Below are positions 9,859 through 19,845 of a stretch of 56,919 nt of DNA, piece by piece. The translations under genes were made by a program, and so were the position numbers. The notes under the pieces were generated by a model. That model was given only the letters and a program-made list of their open reading frames with translations. It ran no database searches and had not been told where the DNA came from. Location: the sequence record PV029746.1. One strand, written 5' to 3'. This DNA comes from Pseudomonas phage Phipami28. The stretch's first letter is position 1. The number at the start of each line of letters is the position of its first letter.

Positions 9859-10599
9859 ATGTCTCTGATTTCTCTCCAAGGCAAGATCTGGATGGCTGAG
9901 CGCAGTGCTCAAGGCAAGGCGTTGAAGCAGACCTGGGTGGGCAATGCCCCGACCTGTGAACTGCAGTTGGCCACCGAAACCACCAACGTGACCGAGAGCT
10001 TCAGCGGTAATCGCCTGCAGTACGGCCAGCTCGACCGCGGAAAGACCGCGACGATTAACCTGACGCTCGACGAATGGCTACTGCCCAACCTGATCTTGGG
10101 GCTGTACGCGCAGCAGGTCGCCATTCCCGGCGTGACGGTAACTGGCGAGGCGCTTCCCACGCCGATTGCGGTTGGTGATGTGTTCCGCCTGGCAAAACCC
10201 TTCATCAGCGATCTGGTGCTCACCCAGTCGAGCACTCCGCTCGTCGCAGGAACCGACTACAAGATCGAATCTGCCACGGCCGGTCTGATCGAGTTCCTGA
10301 CTGCCCAAGCATCTGCGGTAAGCGCCGCCTATGAGTCCGAGGAAGCTGTGGCGCTGACGATGTTCACCCAACGGCCTCCGGAGCGCTGGCTATTCCTGGA
10401 CGGCATCGACACCGAAACCGGCAAGCCGGTCTTGGTCGACTTGTTCCGCTGCAAGTTCAACCCGGTCGGAACTCTGGCAATGATCCATGAGGAATACGGC
10501 AATCTGCCGTTGACCGGCAGTGTCCTGTATGACCCGCTGAATGCCGGTGATCCGATGCTCGGTGGATATGGCCGATACATCGAGAAGAAGGCGGCCTGA
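9859..10599 (+). CDS. Putative major tail (tube) protein, siphovirus type
   Basis: 246 aa, immediately upstream of the G/GT chaperone pair and the tape measure. Confidence 0.45.
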   Translation: MSLISLQGKIWMAERSAQGKALKQTWVGNAPTCELQLATETTNVTESFSGNRLQYGQLDRGKTATINLTLDEWLLPNLILGLYAQQVAIPGVTVTGEALPTPIAVGDVFRLAKPFISDLVLTQSSTPLVAGTDYKIESATAGLIEFLTAQASAVSAAYESEEAVALTMFTQRPPERWLFLDGIDTETGKPVLVDLFRCKFNPVGTLAMIHEEYGNLPLTGSVLYDPLNAGDPMLGGYGRYIEKKAA

Positions 10600-10601
10600 C
10601 C

Positions 10602-11084
10602 ATGGCGCGGAAGGTAACCAGGAAGAAATCTGCCACTGGTGCAGAGGACCTGTCTGTCATCCACCCCGACCGCACGATAATCATTGCAGGCCGGGACGTG
10701 GTGATGCGCGAGTATGGGTTCTTCGAGTCGCTGGAGCTGCTCCCTCTGTTGGAACCGATCCTGGTCGACCTTGAGGAGCAAGCGAAAGCGAACGCGCCCT
10801 GGCCGGGCATCGAGGCGGTTCCTTCTTTCCTGGGCAATCATTTCTCGGTCCTGGTACATCTGATTGCCAAGGCGGCTTCGGTCGATATGGAGTGGATGCG
10901 CGGGCTTGGTGCAGACGACGGCTATGAACTGGTCTGGTGGTGGTGGATCGTCAATGGCCCTTTCTGCAAGCGCTGCGCCGAGAAACGTCTGCTGACGGCG
11001 CAGGCCATCGCCAAGCAGGCCAGGAAGCGGGACGCTGGTCAGACGCCATCGACTACCTCGTCGCCGCCGGTTACGGCTCCGTAG
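10602..11084 (+). CDS. Tail assembly chaperone (lambda G-like)
   Basis: 160 aa ORF directly upstream of the tape measure. A -1 frame ORF overlaps its 3' end. Confidence 0.55.
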   Translation: MARKVTRKKSATGAEDLSVIHPDRTIIIAGRDVVMREYGFFESLELLPLLEPILVDLEEQAKANAPWPGIEAVPSFLGNHFSVLVHLIAKAASVDMEWMRGLGADDGYELVWWWWIVNGPFCKRCAEKRLLTAQAIAKQARKRDAGQTPSTTSSPPVTAP

Positions 11085-11242
11085 CCGACATTGGCAAGAT
11101 GACTCGTCGGCAGATCCTGCAGCAGCTCGACGCGGTGGAGCGACGACATCGGCGCGAACGCGCTGAACGGGTGATCGACGTCAACTTCGCTTTTGCGGGC
11201 GGTCAGGACGCTGAACGTCACCTGCAGAAGCTTCTAAAATAG
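10937..11242 (+). CDS. Tail assembly chaperone frameshift extension (lambda GT-like)
   Basis: -1 frame ORF overlapping the G-like ORF by ~150 nt. Candidate X XXY YYZ slippery heptamer CCCTTTC at 10958-10964. Followed by a terminator and the tape measure. Confidence 0.45.
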   Translation: MVVDRQWPFLQALRRETSADGAGHRQAGQEAGRWSDAIDYLVAAGYGSVADIGKMTRRQILQQLDAVERRHRRERAERVIDVNFAFAGGQDAERHLQKLLK

Positions 11243-11266
11243 AAAGCGGCCTCCGGGCCGCTTTTT
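11243..11266 (+). terminator. Rho-independent terminator-like hairpin after the GT ORF
   Basis: AAAGCGGCC tccg GGCCGCTTTTT. Confidence 0.45.
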
Positions 11267-11337
11267 AGCGTCTTCCAAAAGACCTCACTGCTTGCGCGCG
11301 CGACCATTCGGGTACTTCCTCCGAATGTGATTCGCAA

Positions 11338-14300
11338 ATGGCAAATCGAGATCTCGAAATCGCCCTTCGGCTGCGTGCCGACATGAAAGACGGCCAGGCT
11401 GCCGTCGAAGCTTTGGCGGCCGCGATCAGGGATGTCGGTAGCAAGGCGTCCGAGGCCGGCACGGGCCTGCAGAAAGTCGGTGCTACCGGCGCCGTCGACC
11501 AGGCCCAAGGGGCCATCGACAAGCTCGGCCACTCGCTGGATGGTGTGAGTGCCAAGGCGTCCGAGGCCGGCAAGGGCCTACAGAAGGTCGGGACTACCGG
11601 GGGCGTTGATCAGGCCCAGGCGCCCATCGACAAGCTCGGCCACTCACTGGATGGCGTGAGTGACAAAGCGTCCGAGGCCAGCAAGGATCTGCAGAAGGTC
11701 GGGGCCACCGGGGCCGTCGATCAGGCCCAGGCCTCCGTCGACAGGCTTGGCCAATCCCTGGACTCCACAGGTAAACGCGCAGGCGACGCATCCCGTCAGA
11801 TCACCCAAGTCGGCGAATCCGCAGAGCAACAAGCTGCTCGAATCAAGGCAATGGTCGCGGCATCGCTGCAGCAAAAGTCTGCGCAAGATGAGGCGGCAGA
11901 TAGCACCCAGCGACTGAATACCGCTGTCCAGGCAGGAAACACCGCTTGGAGGGATAGCGCTCAGGCGCAGTCCAACGCCATGAACACCTTCCACAACGCC
12001 GAGCGCGCCCGTGTCCAGCAGGTCGCTGCGGAAAAGCGCGCGGCGGAAGCTGCAGCCGCCGCCGCTGCTGAGACCTCTCGGCAGGAAGCGGCAGCCCGCA
12101 AGCTTCTCGGGGCTATTGATCCAACTTACCGCTCTCTCGCTCAATTGGCGGACCAGGAACGACAGCTCACCGAGCACTTTCGTGCTGGTCGTATTGAGGC
12201 TACGGCGTACGCAAGCGCCTTGGACAGAATCCGAGCGCGGCGTGATGTCCTCAATGGCATTGGCAACGATGCCAGGACCTCTACCGTGGCTCTCAACAGC
12301 ATGGGAGCGGCTATCCGTCGAGTGCAGGGCCTGTTGGTGGCAGGCGTAGCTGGGTACGGCGTAGCGTCCTTCTCCAAGGAAGTCGTCAACACCAACCTGC
12401 AGTGGCAGCAGGCGTTGTACACCATGGAGGCAGCTACGGGGTCGGCGGCGAAGGCGAGGCAGGAGTTGGAGTACGTCCGCGAGGTCTCCGAACGCCTCGG
12501 CTTGGAGCTGCTCAATACCAGCCAGGCCTATTCCCGCCTGGTGGCGGCCGCGAAAGAAACCCCAGAGCTGGGCAGTTCCCTGCGCACGATCTTCGAAGGC
12601 GTCGCCTCGGCAACCACTGCGCTACACCTCACCCGCCAGGAAACCAACGGCATCCTGCTCGCCCTGGAGCAGATGGTCAGCAAGGGCAAGGTCCAGACCC
12701 AGGAGCTAGTTCTGCAGCTCGGTCAGCGCGTTCCCGGCGCGTTCTCGCTTGCCGCCAAGGCCCTGGGCACCAACACAAAGCAGCTCAGCGAGTGGCTGGA
12801 AAAGGGCATGATCCCGGCGGCCGAGTTTCTGCCGCGGTTCGGCGCTGCCCTGCAGGAAGCTTATGGGCCAGCCTCACAGAAAGCGGCCACCGGCTTGCAG
12901 GCCGAACTCAACCGTCTGGAGAACGCATTCACTGACTTGAAGATCCAGGCCGGCGAGTCGGGGTTCATCGACACCTTCACTCAGGCCGTGCGAGACCTGC
13001 GTGATGTGCTGAAAGATCCGGCGGTGGTGGAGGGCCTGAATCTCCTGATCAAGGGCCTGGGTACTGCAATCGGTTATGCGGCCAAGGGGGCTGCGGGCGT
13101 CGTCAACGTCACCAAGTTCGTCGCGGAGGAGATTGCGGCGCGCGTGAACGGTCCCGCCGGTGATGACGTACCCCGCTTGGACGATGCCATCGCTCGGGAA
13201 ACCGAGTACATGGCGCGGGTCCAGTCCGCGCTCGACGAGGCCTACGAGAAGAACGACCAGAAGCGCATCCAGCGATACGAAGATGCACTCAGCAAGGCAC
13301 AAGCGCAGATCCAGCAATGGCAGGACCAGCGTGACGCGGTGCTGAATGGTGCCGGCCAGGTCGCGGCGCTACCCGCGACTACGGTCACCGGTACAGGCCC
13401 CGCCACCAAGACACCCTTCACGCCATCAGGCGGCGAAGACAAGGCCGCTGCGCGCCTGGCCAAGCAGAACGAAGACTGGGTCAAGCAGTTGGAGAAGGAA
13501 GCGGCGACCTACGGCAAGGGTCGGGCTGCGTTGCGTGAGTACGAGCTGGACCAACGCAATCTGACAGGAGCCCTGGAAGCCCGCGCTCGCGCCGCCTGGG
13601 CGACCCTGGACGCGGCAGAAAAGCAGAAGAAGGCCGACGAGCAGGCAAAGAAAGACGCCACAACCCTAAAGCAACTCAACCTGGACTACCTTCGGGCCAC
13701 CGGCCAAACCGTCGAGGCGGCCGGCGCCGAGATCGAGAAGAAGTACGGCGACCTGCAGAAGCGTCTGCTCGCCACGGGTGACACCGAAGGCGCCGGCCTG
13801 GTCAGCAAGCTGATGGGAATCGAGAAGGCCAAGGCTGAGCTGCAGCAGCTCCAGGACCAGGTCGACCGGATCTTCGGCGAGCAGTCTCGGCAGGAGTCGA
13901 GTATCCAGGCCGCCCAGCAGGCCGGTCTCGTCAGCGAACTGGCCGCGCGGCAGCAACTGCTAGACCTGCATCGGTCCACCGCCGACGAGGTAGAGCAACT
14001 TGTGCCTCGCATGGAGGAGTTGGCCAAGGCAACTGGCGATCCGGCAGCGATCGAGCGCGTGAAGGATCTCCGCCAGCAGCTCGAAAACACCCGGCTGGCC
14101 GCCGACCAGCTCACTTTGGCTCTGCGATCCGGTATCGAGAATGGCATGCAGAATGCGCTGCGCGGTCTCGCCGATGGCACGCTGTCGCTGCAGGAGGCCG
14201 CGGTTTCGTTCCTGCAGTCGGTCAGCCGATCGCTGGCCGACGTTGCCGCGCAGCAGCTGGCCCAGAAGGCTACCGCAGGACTCATGAGTCTGTTCGGCCA

Positions 14301-14970
14301 AGGTGAGCAAGACACCAGCATGGTAACGGGAGCCGCGGCCGTGACATCGGCTGCGGGGGCTCTGGCTGCGGCCGGAGGAACGCTGGTTACTGGCGCAGCT
14401 GCTCTACAGAGTGCCGCCGGGAGTCTGGCTCTGGCGAATGGGGTAAAGGGGGCAGGTGCCGCTGCCAGTGGTGCCGGTGCGGCCGGTGCGGCTGCCGGTG
14501 GTAGCGGGTGGTGGTCCTCGATCACAAGCATGTTCGGGTTCGCCGATGGCGGGCAGGTGCGCGGCCCTGGGACTCCAACAAGCGACAGCATCCCTGCCTG
14601 GCTTTCGGATCAGGAGGTCGTCATCAGGGCCGCGGCCGCAACCCAGCCTGGCATGACCCCGCTGCTCCTGGACATCAACAAGCGCGGTTGGGCGGCACTA
14701 CATGACTGGTCCGGTGCTGTGCGCCACGCGACGGGCGGAATAGCCAGCATTCCCGCGCCCGCAATGCCTGCTCCGGGCCTTTCTGCATCGCGCCTGCAGG
14801 AGCCCGCAAAGAACCTCAGCGCGACGCTGAAGAACAACCAGAACTTCTACCTGGTCGACGACCCCAGCCGCATCGGTGATGTGATGGCAGGTCGTTACGG
14901 CGACGAGGCAATGGTTCTGCACATCAGCCGCGACCCGCAGAAATTCCGTCAACTACTGGGAATCAACTGA
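11338..14970 (+). CDS. Tail tape measure protein
   Basis: 1210 aa, Ala/Gln-rich coiled coil. Three in-frame ~40-aa tandem repeats near the N-terminus. Located after the G/GT pair. Confidence 0.85.
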   Translation: MANRDLEIALRLRADMKDGQAAVEALAAAIRDVGSKASEAGTGLQKVGATGAVDQAQGAIDKLGHSLDGVSAKASEAGKGLQKVGTTGGVDQAQAPIDKLGHSLDGVSDKASEASKDLQKVGATGAVDQAQASVDRLGQSLDSTGKRAGDASRQITQVGESAEQQAARIKAMVAASLQQKSAQDEAADSTQRLNTAVQAGNTAWRDSAQAQSNAMNTFHNAERARVQQVAAEKRAAEAAAAAAAETSRQEAAARKLLGAIDPTYRSLAQLADQERQLTEHFRAGRIEATAYASALDRIRARRDVLNGIGNDARTSTVALNSMGAAIRRVQGLLVAGVAGYGVASFSKEVVNTNLQWQQALYTMEAATGSAAKARQELEYVREVSERLGLELLNTSQAYSRLVAAAKETPELGSSLRTIFEGVASATTALHLTRQETNGILLALEQMVSKGKVQTQELVLQLGQRVPGAFSLAAKALGTNTKQLSEWLEKGMIPAAEFLPRFGAALQEAYGPASQKAATGLQAELNRLENAFTDLKIQAGESGFIDTFTQAVRDLRDVLKDPAVVEGLNLLIKGLGTAIGYAAKGAAGVVNVTKFVAEEIAARVNGPAGDDVPRLDDAIARETEYMARVQSALDEAYEKNDQKRIQRYEDALSKAQAQIQQWQDQRDAVLNGAGQVAALPATTVTGTGPATKTPFTPSGGEDKAAARLAKQNEDWVKQLEKEAATYGKGRAALREYELDQRNLTGALEARARAAWATLDAAEKQKKADEQAKKDATTLKQLNLDYLRATGQTVEAAGAEIEKKYGDLQKRLLATGDTEGAGLVSKLMGIEKAKAELQQLQDQVDRIFGEQSRQESSIQAAQQAGLVSELAARQQLLDLHRSTADEVEQLVPRMEELAKATGDPAAIERVKDLRQQLENTRLAADQLTLALRSGIENGMQNALRGLADGTLSLQEAAVSFLQSVSRSLADVAAQQLAQKATAGLMSLFGQGEQDTSMVTGAAAVTSAAGALAAAGGTLVTGAAALQSAAGSLALANGVKGAGAAASGAGAAGAAAGGSGWWSSITSMFGFADGGQVRGPGTPTSDSIPAWLSDQEVVIRAAAATQPGMTPLLLDINKRGWAALHDWSGAVRHATGGIASIPAPAMPAPGLSASRLQEPAKNLSATLKNNQNFYLVDDPSRIGDVMAGRYGDEAMVLHISRDPQKFRQLLGIN

Positions 14971-15926
14971 TGGCCACCGAATTCGGCACAGCCGCGAACC
15001 ACGCCGACCTGGTCGAACGACTCGTCCAGTTCCTCACCGCCAACCCGACGCTCGTCGCGGCGGGCCAGGCCTACGAGAAAGTTTTCGACAACACCATTCC
15101 AGCATCTGGGACGGCGATCGCGATTCGCCAGGTGACCCTGCGGGCGCCTGGCCTCGGCGGTGAAGACAGCATCTTCATGGGAGTCCAGTCCTACGGCGAC
15201 ACCGCGCTCGACTACTACAACGTCCGGCTGATGGGCGGTACCGCGTTCAATCCTGGCGCGCTGCCGCCGGGTGGTGACTTCTGGACGGCGTTCGTCAACT
15301 ACAGCCCGCGAGTACAGCTGCTTGCCTGGAACCAGCCGATGCCCTACTGGTTCTTCGCCAACGGCCGACGCTTCTGGGTCGTCGTGAAAGTCTCGACGAT
15401 CTACGAGTCTGCCGGCGCCGGCTTCATCCTGCCACCCTGTCCGCCGTCGCAGTTCCCGTATCCGCTGGCTGTCGTGGGGTCGTATCGCGGGGACGTCGCT
15501 GTGCGCTGGTCCGACGTCACCGACCGGCACAGGGGCATCAGCAGCCCCTACGAGCGCAGCTGCTATCTCCGCGATCCCGCCGGGCGCTGGCTCGGTTTCA
15601 CTGTCGAAGGAGGGGCTGCCAACGAGTCCGACTACAGCAATCGGACGCTCCTCCCGCTGGGCTGCGGCCGTTATGCGGGCAGCAGTGACACCGTGGTCAA
15701 ACAACTGCGGGATTCATTCGGAAAGTTCCCGCTGAAAGCTTTGCAGTTCGTCACCCGCGAAACCGAGGGACGCCGGTACCTCGGTGACTTCGACGGCGCT
15801 TTCTACGTGCCAACGCTCAACTCCGGCGCCGAGGACCTGATTGTCGAGGACGGAGTGGACCACGTCGTTTTCCAAACCGCTTGGCGTAGCGGTAACCCTT
15901 GGCTCTACGCGATCAGGAAGGACTGA
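14970..15926 (+). CDS. Minor tail protein (distal tail)
   Basis: 318 aa. ATGA overlap with the tape-measure stop. Confidence 0.45.
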   Translation: MATEFGTAANHADLVERLVQFLTANPTLVAAGQAYEKVFDNTIPASGTAIAIRQVTLRAPGLGGEDSIFMGVQSYGDTALDYYNVRLMGGTAFNPGALPPGGDFWTAFVNYSPRVQLLAWNQPMPYWFFANGRRFWVVVKVSTIYESAGAGFILPPCPPSQFPYPLAVVGSYRGDVAVRWSDVTDRHRGISSPYERSCYLRDPAGRWLGFTVEGGAANESDYSNRTLLPLGCGRYAGSSDTVVKQLRDSFGKFPLKALQFVTRETEGRRYLGDFDGAFYVPTLNSGAEDLIVEDGVDHVVFQTAWRSGNPWLYAIRKD

Positions 15927-15927
15927 C

Positions 15928-16851
15928 ATGGCCTATTTCACAGGAACAGCGAACAACCCGGCCGACTTGCTCGCCAAGGTGCGCGTCCACGCCGAGTCGC
16001 TCGGCTGGGTCACCGACCGCGCGTCGGCATCGGAATGGATCTGTCACAACGCTGATGGGTACTGGTCATTCAATGCCGGAGCCAATCAGTTTCAGATCGC
16101 GGGCAATACGGGGTTCGACAACGGGCTGGCGTGGAACGCGCAGCCCGGTAACTCGGTGCAGAACAACCCGTATTCGTCGAAAGAAGCAACCATAGCGCAG
16201 CTCAGCGCCGGGCCATTCACGCGCTATCACCTGTTCGCCACCGCTGCCTATCTGCACCTGCACGTCGAAATCGCTGCCGGTCAGTTTCGTCCAGTGATGA
16301 TCGGCTCCCTCAACAAGCGTGGCGTCGGCTATACGGGCGGCCAGTATGTTTGCGGCTCGTTCCTCTACAGCTCTGGCCAGGCGCTCACAAACAACTGGTC
16401 ATCGCATCCATTCGATGGTTACCACATTCGATACAGCGGCGGCGGCAGCATGCTGCGGCTAGACAGCCTCGACGGTAGCCCATCGCCGGACTGGTTGCCG
16501 TTCGACTACACAACGAACGTCTCCCGGCGCGTCGTCGGCCCCGGTCGCGGAAACTACAGCAGTCAGTACCATCCCGACGTGGGGCTGATCGACGCGAGCG
16601 CCAACGAGCTGAACAGCTCGACCAACGTGGTGCCGTGCGCCATCTATGCGTTCGGCGCTCAGCAGCGTTCGAGGTACATCGGCGAAGCGCCCGATTTCGG
16701 TCTGTGCCGGATGGACTTCCTCGCGCCTGGGGACTCGATCACCATCGGAACCGACACATGGCGCGTCTTCCCTTTGCTGCAGCGCGGAACAGCCAACGAT
16801 TTCGGCAACACCAGCGCGCTGGTCGGCTATGCATTCCGGGTGGTCGAGTAG
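15928..16851 (+). CDS. Tail protein
   Basis: ATG at 15928 preceded by AGGAAGGA. The ORF track's earlier start overlaps the upstream gene. Confidence 0.45.
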   Translation: MAYFTGTANNPADLLAKVRVHAESLGWVTDRASASEWICHNADGYWSFNAGANQFQIAGNTGFDNGLAWNAQPGNSVQNNPYSSKEATIAQLSAGPFTRYHLFATAAYLHLHVEIAAGQFRPVMIGSLNKRGVGYTGGQYVCGSFLYSSGQALTNNWSSHPFDGYHIRYSGGGSMLRLDSLDGSPSPDWLPFDYTTNVSRRVVGPGRGNYSSQYHPDVGLIDASANELNSSTNVVPCAIYAFGAQQRSRYIGEAPDFGLCRMDFLAPGDSITIGTDTWRVFPLLQRGTANDFGNTSALVGYAFRVVE

Positions 16852-16853
16852 AA

Positions 16854-18560
16854 ATGGCGACCTTCCCCGGATTTCAGGTACCTCGGCCGGTCGAAGCGGT
16901 CGTTGCCGGCATCACCCCGAACATCTCCGCTCTGGGCTTGAACCAGGACATCACCCTGGGCTCGGCCAGCGCCTCGACCTGGGCCGGCGCCTACGCGGCG
17001 CATCAGCCGGTAGAGGTGATCCATTCGACGTACCAGGCTGTCCACCAAAGCGCTCTGGAAGAGAACTACTACAACCGCCTGTGGCTGATCCCTGGCCGAT
17101 TGGATCTGGGGAACGTCGTGAGCGTGCAGGAACGTCCCGTCTCAGTTTGGAACGCCCACTTCACGCCCCGCACCCTGTCGCAGATCGATCGCGAGGACGC
17201 CGATGGCATCAGCCTGGCCGGCCAGCCGTCGCCGCCGTTGCCGTTCGCGGCGCTGCAGGAGCGCATCTGGACTGTGGCCGTGTCGACCGATGGACCGCCG
17301 GTAGTGGACGCGCGCATCGTCTGGCAACTGCAGGACGAACAGCCGTTGATCCTGGTCATTACCGGAAACCGGATCACCGCGTGGCCGTTTGCGCCGGACT
17401 GGGCTGATGGCGTGCAGGAGTCACTGGAGTGGTTGACCGAGCTGCTGACCAGCACGTCGGGAGTCGAGCAACGGCGATCGCTGCGTTTGTCACCCCGGCG
17501 TTCATTCGAAGCTGAGTTCTACGCGGAGGGGCGCGAGCGCGTGCTCCTCGATCTCAGCTTGGCCGGCTGGGGCGGGCGAATCTGGGCGCTGCCGGTGTGG
17601 CCGGACATCCAGTTGCTGGCAAGCGTCACCGCGGCCGGCGCGCAGACGGTCGAGTGCGATACGCGCTGGCGGGACTTCCGTGCCGGCGGCCTTGCGCTGC
17701 TGCGCGGTGAGTCAGCATTCGAGTACGAGGTCGTGGAGATCCAGGCTCTGGCGGCGTCGGCCATTCAGCTTGCGCGCCCGGTTCAGCGGCGCTGGCCGGC
17801 CGGCTCCCGCTTGTACCCCATTCGCACCGCACAGCTGACGGAGCAACCGGCGCTGACCCGGCTGACCGACACCCTCTACAGCGCACAAGCGCGGTTCCTG
17901 GTGATGGACAGCAGCGACTGGCCGGAGGTCATGCCCTCGACAACGTACCGGGGCTGGCCTGTGCTCGAGCAGCGGCCCGAGGAGTCCGAAGACTTGTCCG
18001 TGTCGTACCAGCGCCTGATTGATGTCCTGGACAACGAGACAGGGCTGCCGCAGTTCAGTGACCAGGCTGGAATAGGGTTCCCGGTGCATGGCTTCCGCTG
18101 GCAGACCGAGGGCCGCGAGGAGCACGCGGCGCTGCGCAGCCTGCTGTATACCCTGCGCGGTAGGCAGAAAGCGATCTGGATTCCGACCCATGCCGCCGAC
18201 CTGGTGCTGGTCGACACGGTGGCTGCGACCAGTTCCGTCCTCGATGTCGAGCTGGTTGGCCTGGCGAGGTTCTTCAGGGCTGATGCGCCCGGCCGGCGTG
18301 ATATCCGCATCGAGCTGTACGGCGGGCAGGTCTTCCATCGGCGCATCCTCGACGTCAGCGAGCTGAACGTCGACGTCGAGCGCATGGCGATCGACAGCGC
18401 GCTCGGCACAGTTGTCCGGCCGAGCGACGTTGCGCGCATCTCGTTCATGACCCTCTGCCGGCAAGACAGCGACAGCGTGCAGATCACCCACGAAACCGAC
18501 ACCGACGGCATCAGCACAGCCAGCACGGTGTTCCGAGGAGTACGCGATGAGCTTCAGTGA
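16854..18560 (+). CDS. Tail protein (large)
   Basis: ATG at 16854, 3 nt after the upstream stop. The track start at 16635 would overlap the previous gene by 216 nt. Confidence 0.45.
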   Translation: MATFPGFQVPRPVEAVVAGITPNISALGLNQDITLGSASASTWAGAYAAHQPVEVIHSTYQAVHQSALEENYYNRLWLIPGRLDLGNVVSVQERPVSVWNAHFTPRTLSQIDREDADGISLAGQPSPPLPFAALQERIWTVAVSTDGPPVVDARIVWQLQDEQPLILVITGNRITAWPFAPDWADGVQESLEWLTELLTSTSGVEQRRSLRLSPRRSFEAEFYAEGRERVLLDLSLAGWGGRIWALPVWPDIQLLASVTAAGAQTVECDTRWRDFRAGGLALLRGESAFEYEVVEIQALAASAIQLARPVQRRWPAGSRLYPIRTAQLTEQPALTRLTDTLYSAQARFLVMDSSDWPEVMPSTTYRGWPVLEQRPEESEDLSVSYQRLIDVLDNETGLPQFSDQAGIGFPVHGFRWQTEGREEHAALRSLLYTLRGRQKAIWIPTHAADLVLVDTVAATSSVLDVELVGLARFFRADAPGRRDIRIELYGGQVFHRRILDVSELNVDVERMAIDSALGTVVRPSDVARISFMTLCRQDSDSVQITHETDTDGISTASTVFRGVRDELQ

Positions 18561-19365
18561 TCGCGAGCGGTCGCTCGCCGATGGCCAGGCGATCAGCTTG
18601 TACGACTTCCGCCTCGGCCCGATCCGTTGGACCTACACAACAGCGAATCGAGACATCGAGTTAAACAACATGACCTTTCGGGCGCGGCCTGTGAGCGACG
18701 ATGGACGGCGCATGACCGGCCAGGTCAGCGCCGACATCATGACGGTTACTGGCCCGAGCGACTTGGAAGTCGCGCAGCTGTACCGGGGCGCTCGGCCATC
18801 GAAGGCTCCAACACTGACCGTCTGGGACATCCACTGGAACGAACCGCAGGGGCTTGTGGTGTGGATGGGCAGGATCGACGAGGTGAACTGGCCGGCCGAC
18901 AGCCGGGTGCAGATCAAGTGCCGGCTGCTCGGAACAGAACCGCGTACATCGATCAGCCTCGCATGGGGACGTGAGTGCCCTTACACGGTGTTCGATCACA
19001 ACTGCCGGGCAGACCGCGAGCAATACCGCGTGCCGTTCACCGTCGAGTTGCGTGATGGCAACAGCGTGACGGGGGCCGGCAACGCGATCGGCGGCTACCC
19101 CGATGCTTGGTTCCGCGGAGGCTACGTCGAGTGGGACAGCGGCCAGGGAGTGATCGAGCAGCGTGGTATCCAGCAGCACACCGGCAACCGCCTGGTCCTG
19201 GTGGGTGGCACCTCGCTGTTGGCTCCTGGTACTCGGGCTGTCGCGTTCCCTGGCTGTGACCAGCTCATTCAGACCTGCAACGATAAGTTCGACAACACGC
19301 CGAACTGCGGTGCAGTGCCGTTTCTTCCGGGCAAGTCGCCGTTCGACGGCGATCCCTGGTGGTAA
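18547..19365 (+). CDS. Tail hub-like protein (possibly DUF2163/BR0599-like)
   Basis: 272 aa. Family assignment is from memory only. Confidence 0.35.
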   Translation: MSFSDRERSLADGQAISLYDFRLGPIRWTYTTANRDIELNNMTFRARPVSDDGRRMTGQVSADIMTVTGPSDLEVAQLYRGARPSKAPTLTVWDIHWNEPQGLVVWMGRIDEVNWPADSRVQIKCRLLGTEPRTSISLAWGRECPYTVFDHNCRADREQYRVPFTVELRDGNSVTGAGNAIGGYPDAWFRGGYVEWDSGQGVIEQRGIQQHTGNRLVLVGGTSLLAPGTRAVAFPGCDQLIQTCNDKFDNTPNCGAVPFLPGKSPFDGDPWW

Positions 19366-19387
19366 TCCCTGGTGGTAGGAGTCATCC

Positions 19388-19618
19388 ATGTGGGTGCAAA
19401 TCGCGATTCTGGTCGCATCGTATCTGATCAGCAGCGCTACTTCTGCGAAAGCGCCGAAGCCGAAACCGGAGGCGCTGACTTCCGAAGATCTTCCGCAGAC
19501 CGAGGACGGCACCGGCCACTACGTGATCTTCGGCGATGTGTGGATCGAGGACTGGATCGTCCTCGGTACCGGTAACGAGCGGACGAAGGCAGTCAAATCG
19601 AAAGGGTCGAAGAAGTGA
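19388..19618 (+). CDS. Small membrane-anchored tail-region protein
   Basis: 76 aa with an N-terminal hydrophobic helix. Confidence 0.3.
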   Translation: MWVQIAILVASYLISSATSAKAPKPKPEALTSEDLPQTEDGTGHYVIFGDVWIEDWIVLGTGNERTKAVKSKGSKK

Positions 19619-19845
19619 CGGATCTGATCATCACAACAGCGCATCTGCGCAGTGTGCCAGGGCTGACCAGCCGACCGGGCTACTGCGTATCCGGCGCACG
19701 TGCCTGGTTCAACGCCCATGGCTTGGACTGGCACCGGTTCGTTGCGGAGGGAGTGCCGGCATCGGTGCTTGAGGCTACCGGAGACGAGTTGGCCGTGCGC
19801 CTGGTCAACCACGCACGTGCGGAGGCGGGATATGGGCGGCCGTAG
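19615..19845 (+). CDS. Hypothetical tail-region protein
   Basis: 76 aa. 4-nt overlap with the upstream gene. Confidence 0.3.
   Translation: MTDLIITTAHLRSVPGLTSRPGYCVSGARAWFNAHGLDWHRFVAEGVPASVLEATGDELAVRLVNHARAEAGYGRP

Noticed and set aside
11437-11790. Three ~120-bp tandem direct repeats that look array-like at first glance
   Set aside because: They lie in frame inside the tape-measure gene and encode three 40-aa protein repeats (KASEAG.GLQKVG.TGAVDQAQ.AIDKLGHSLDGVS). There are no unique spacers, so this is not a CRISPR array.
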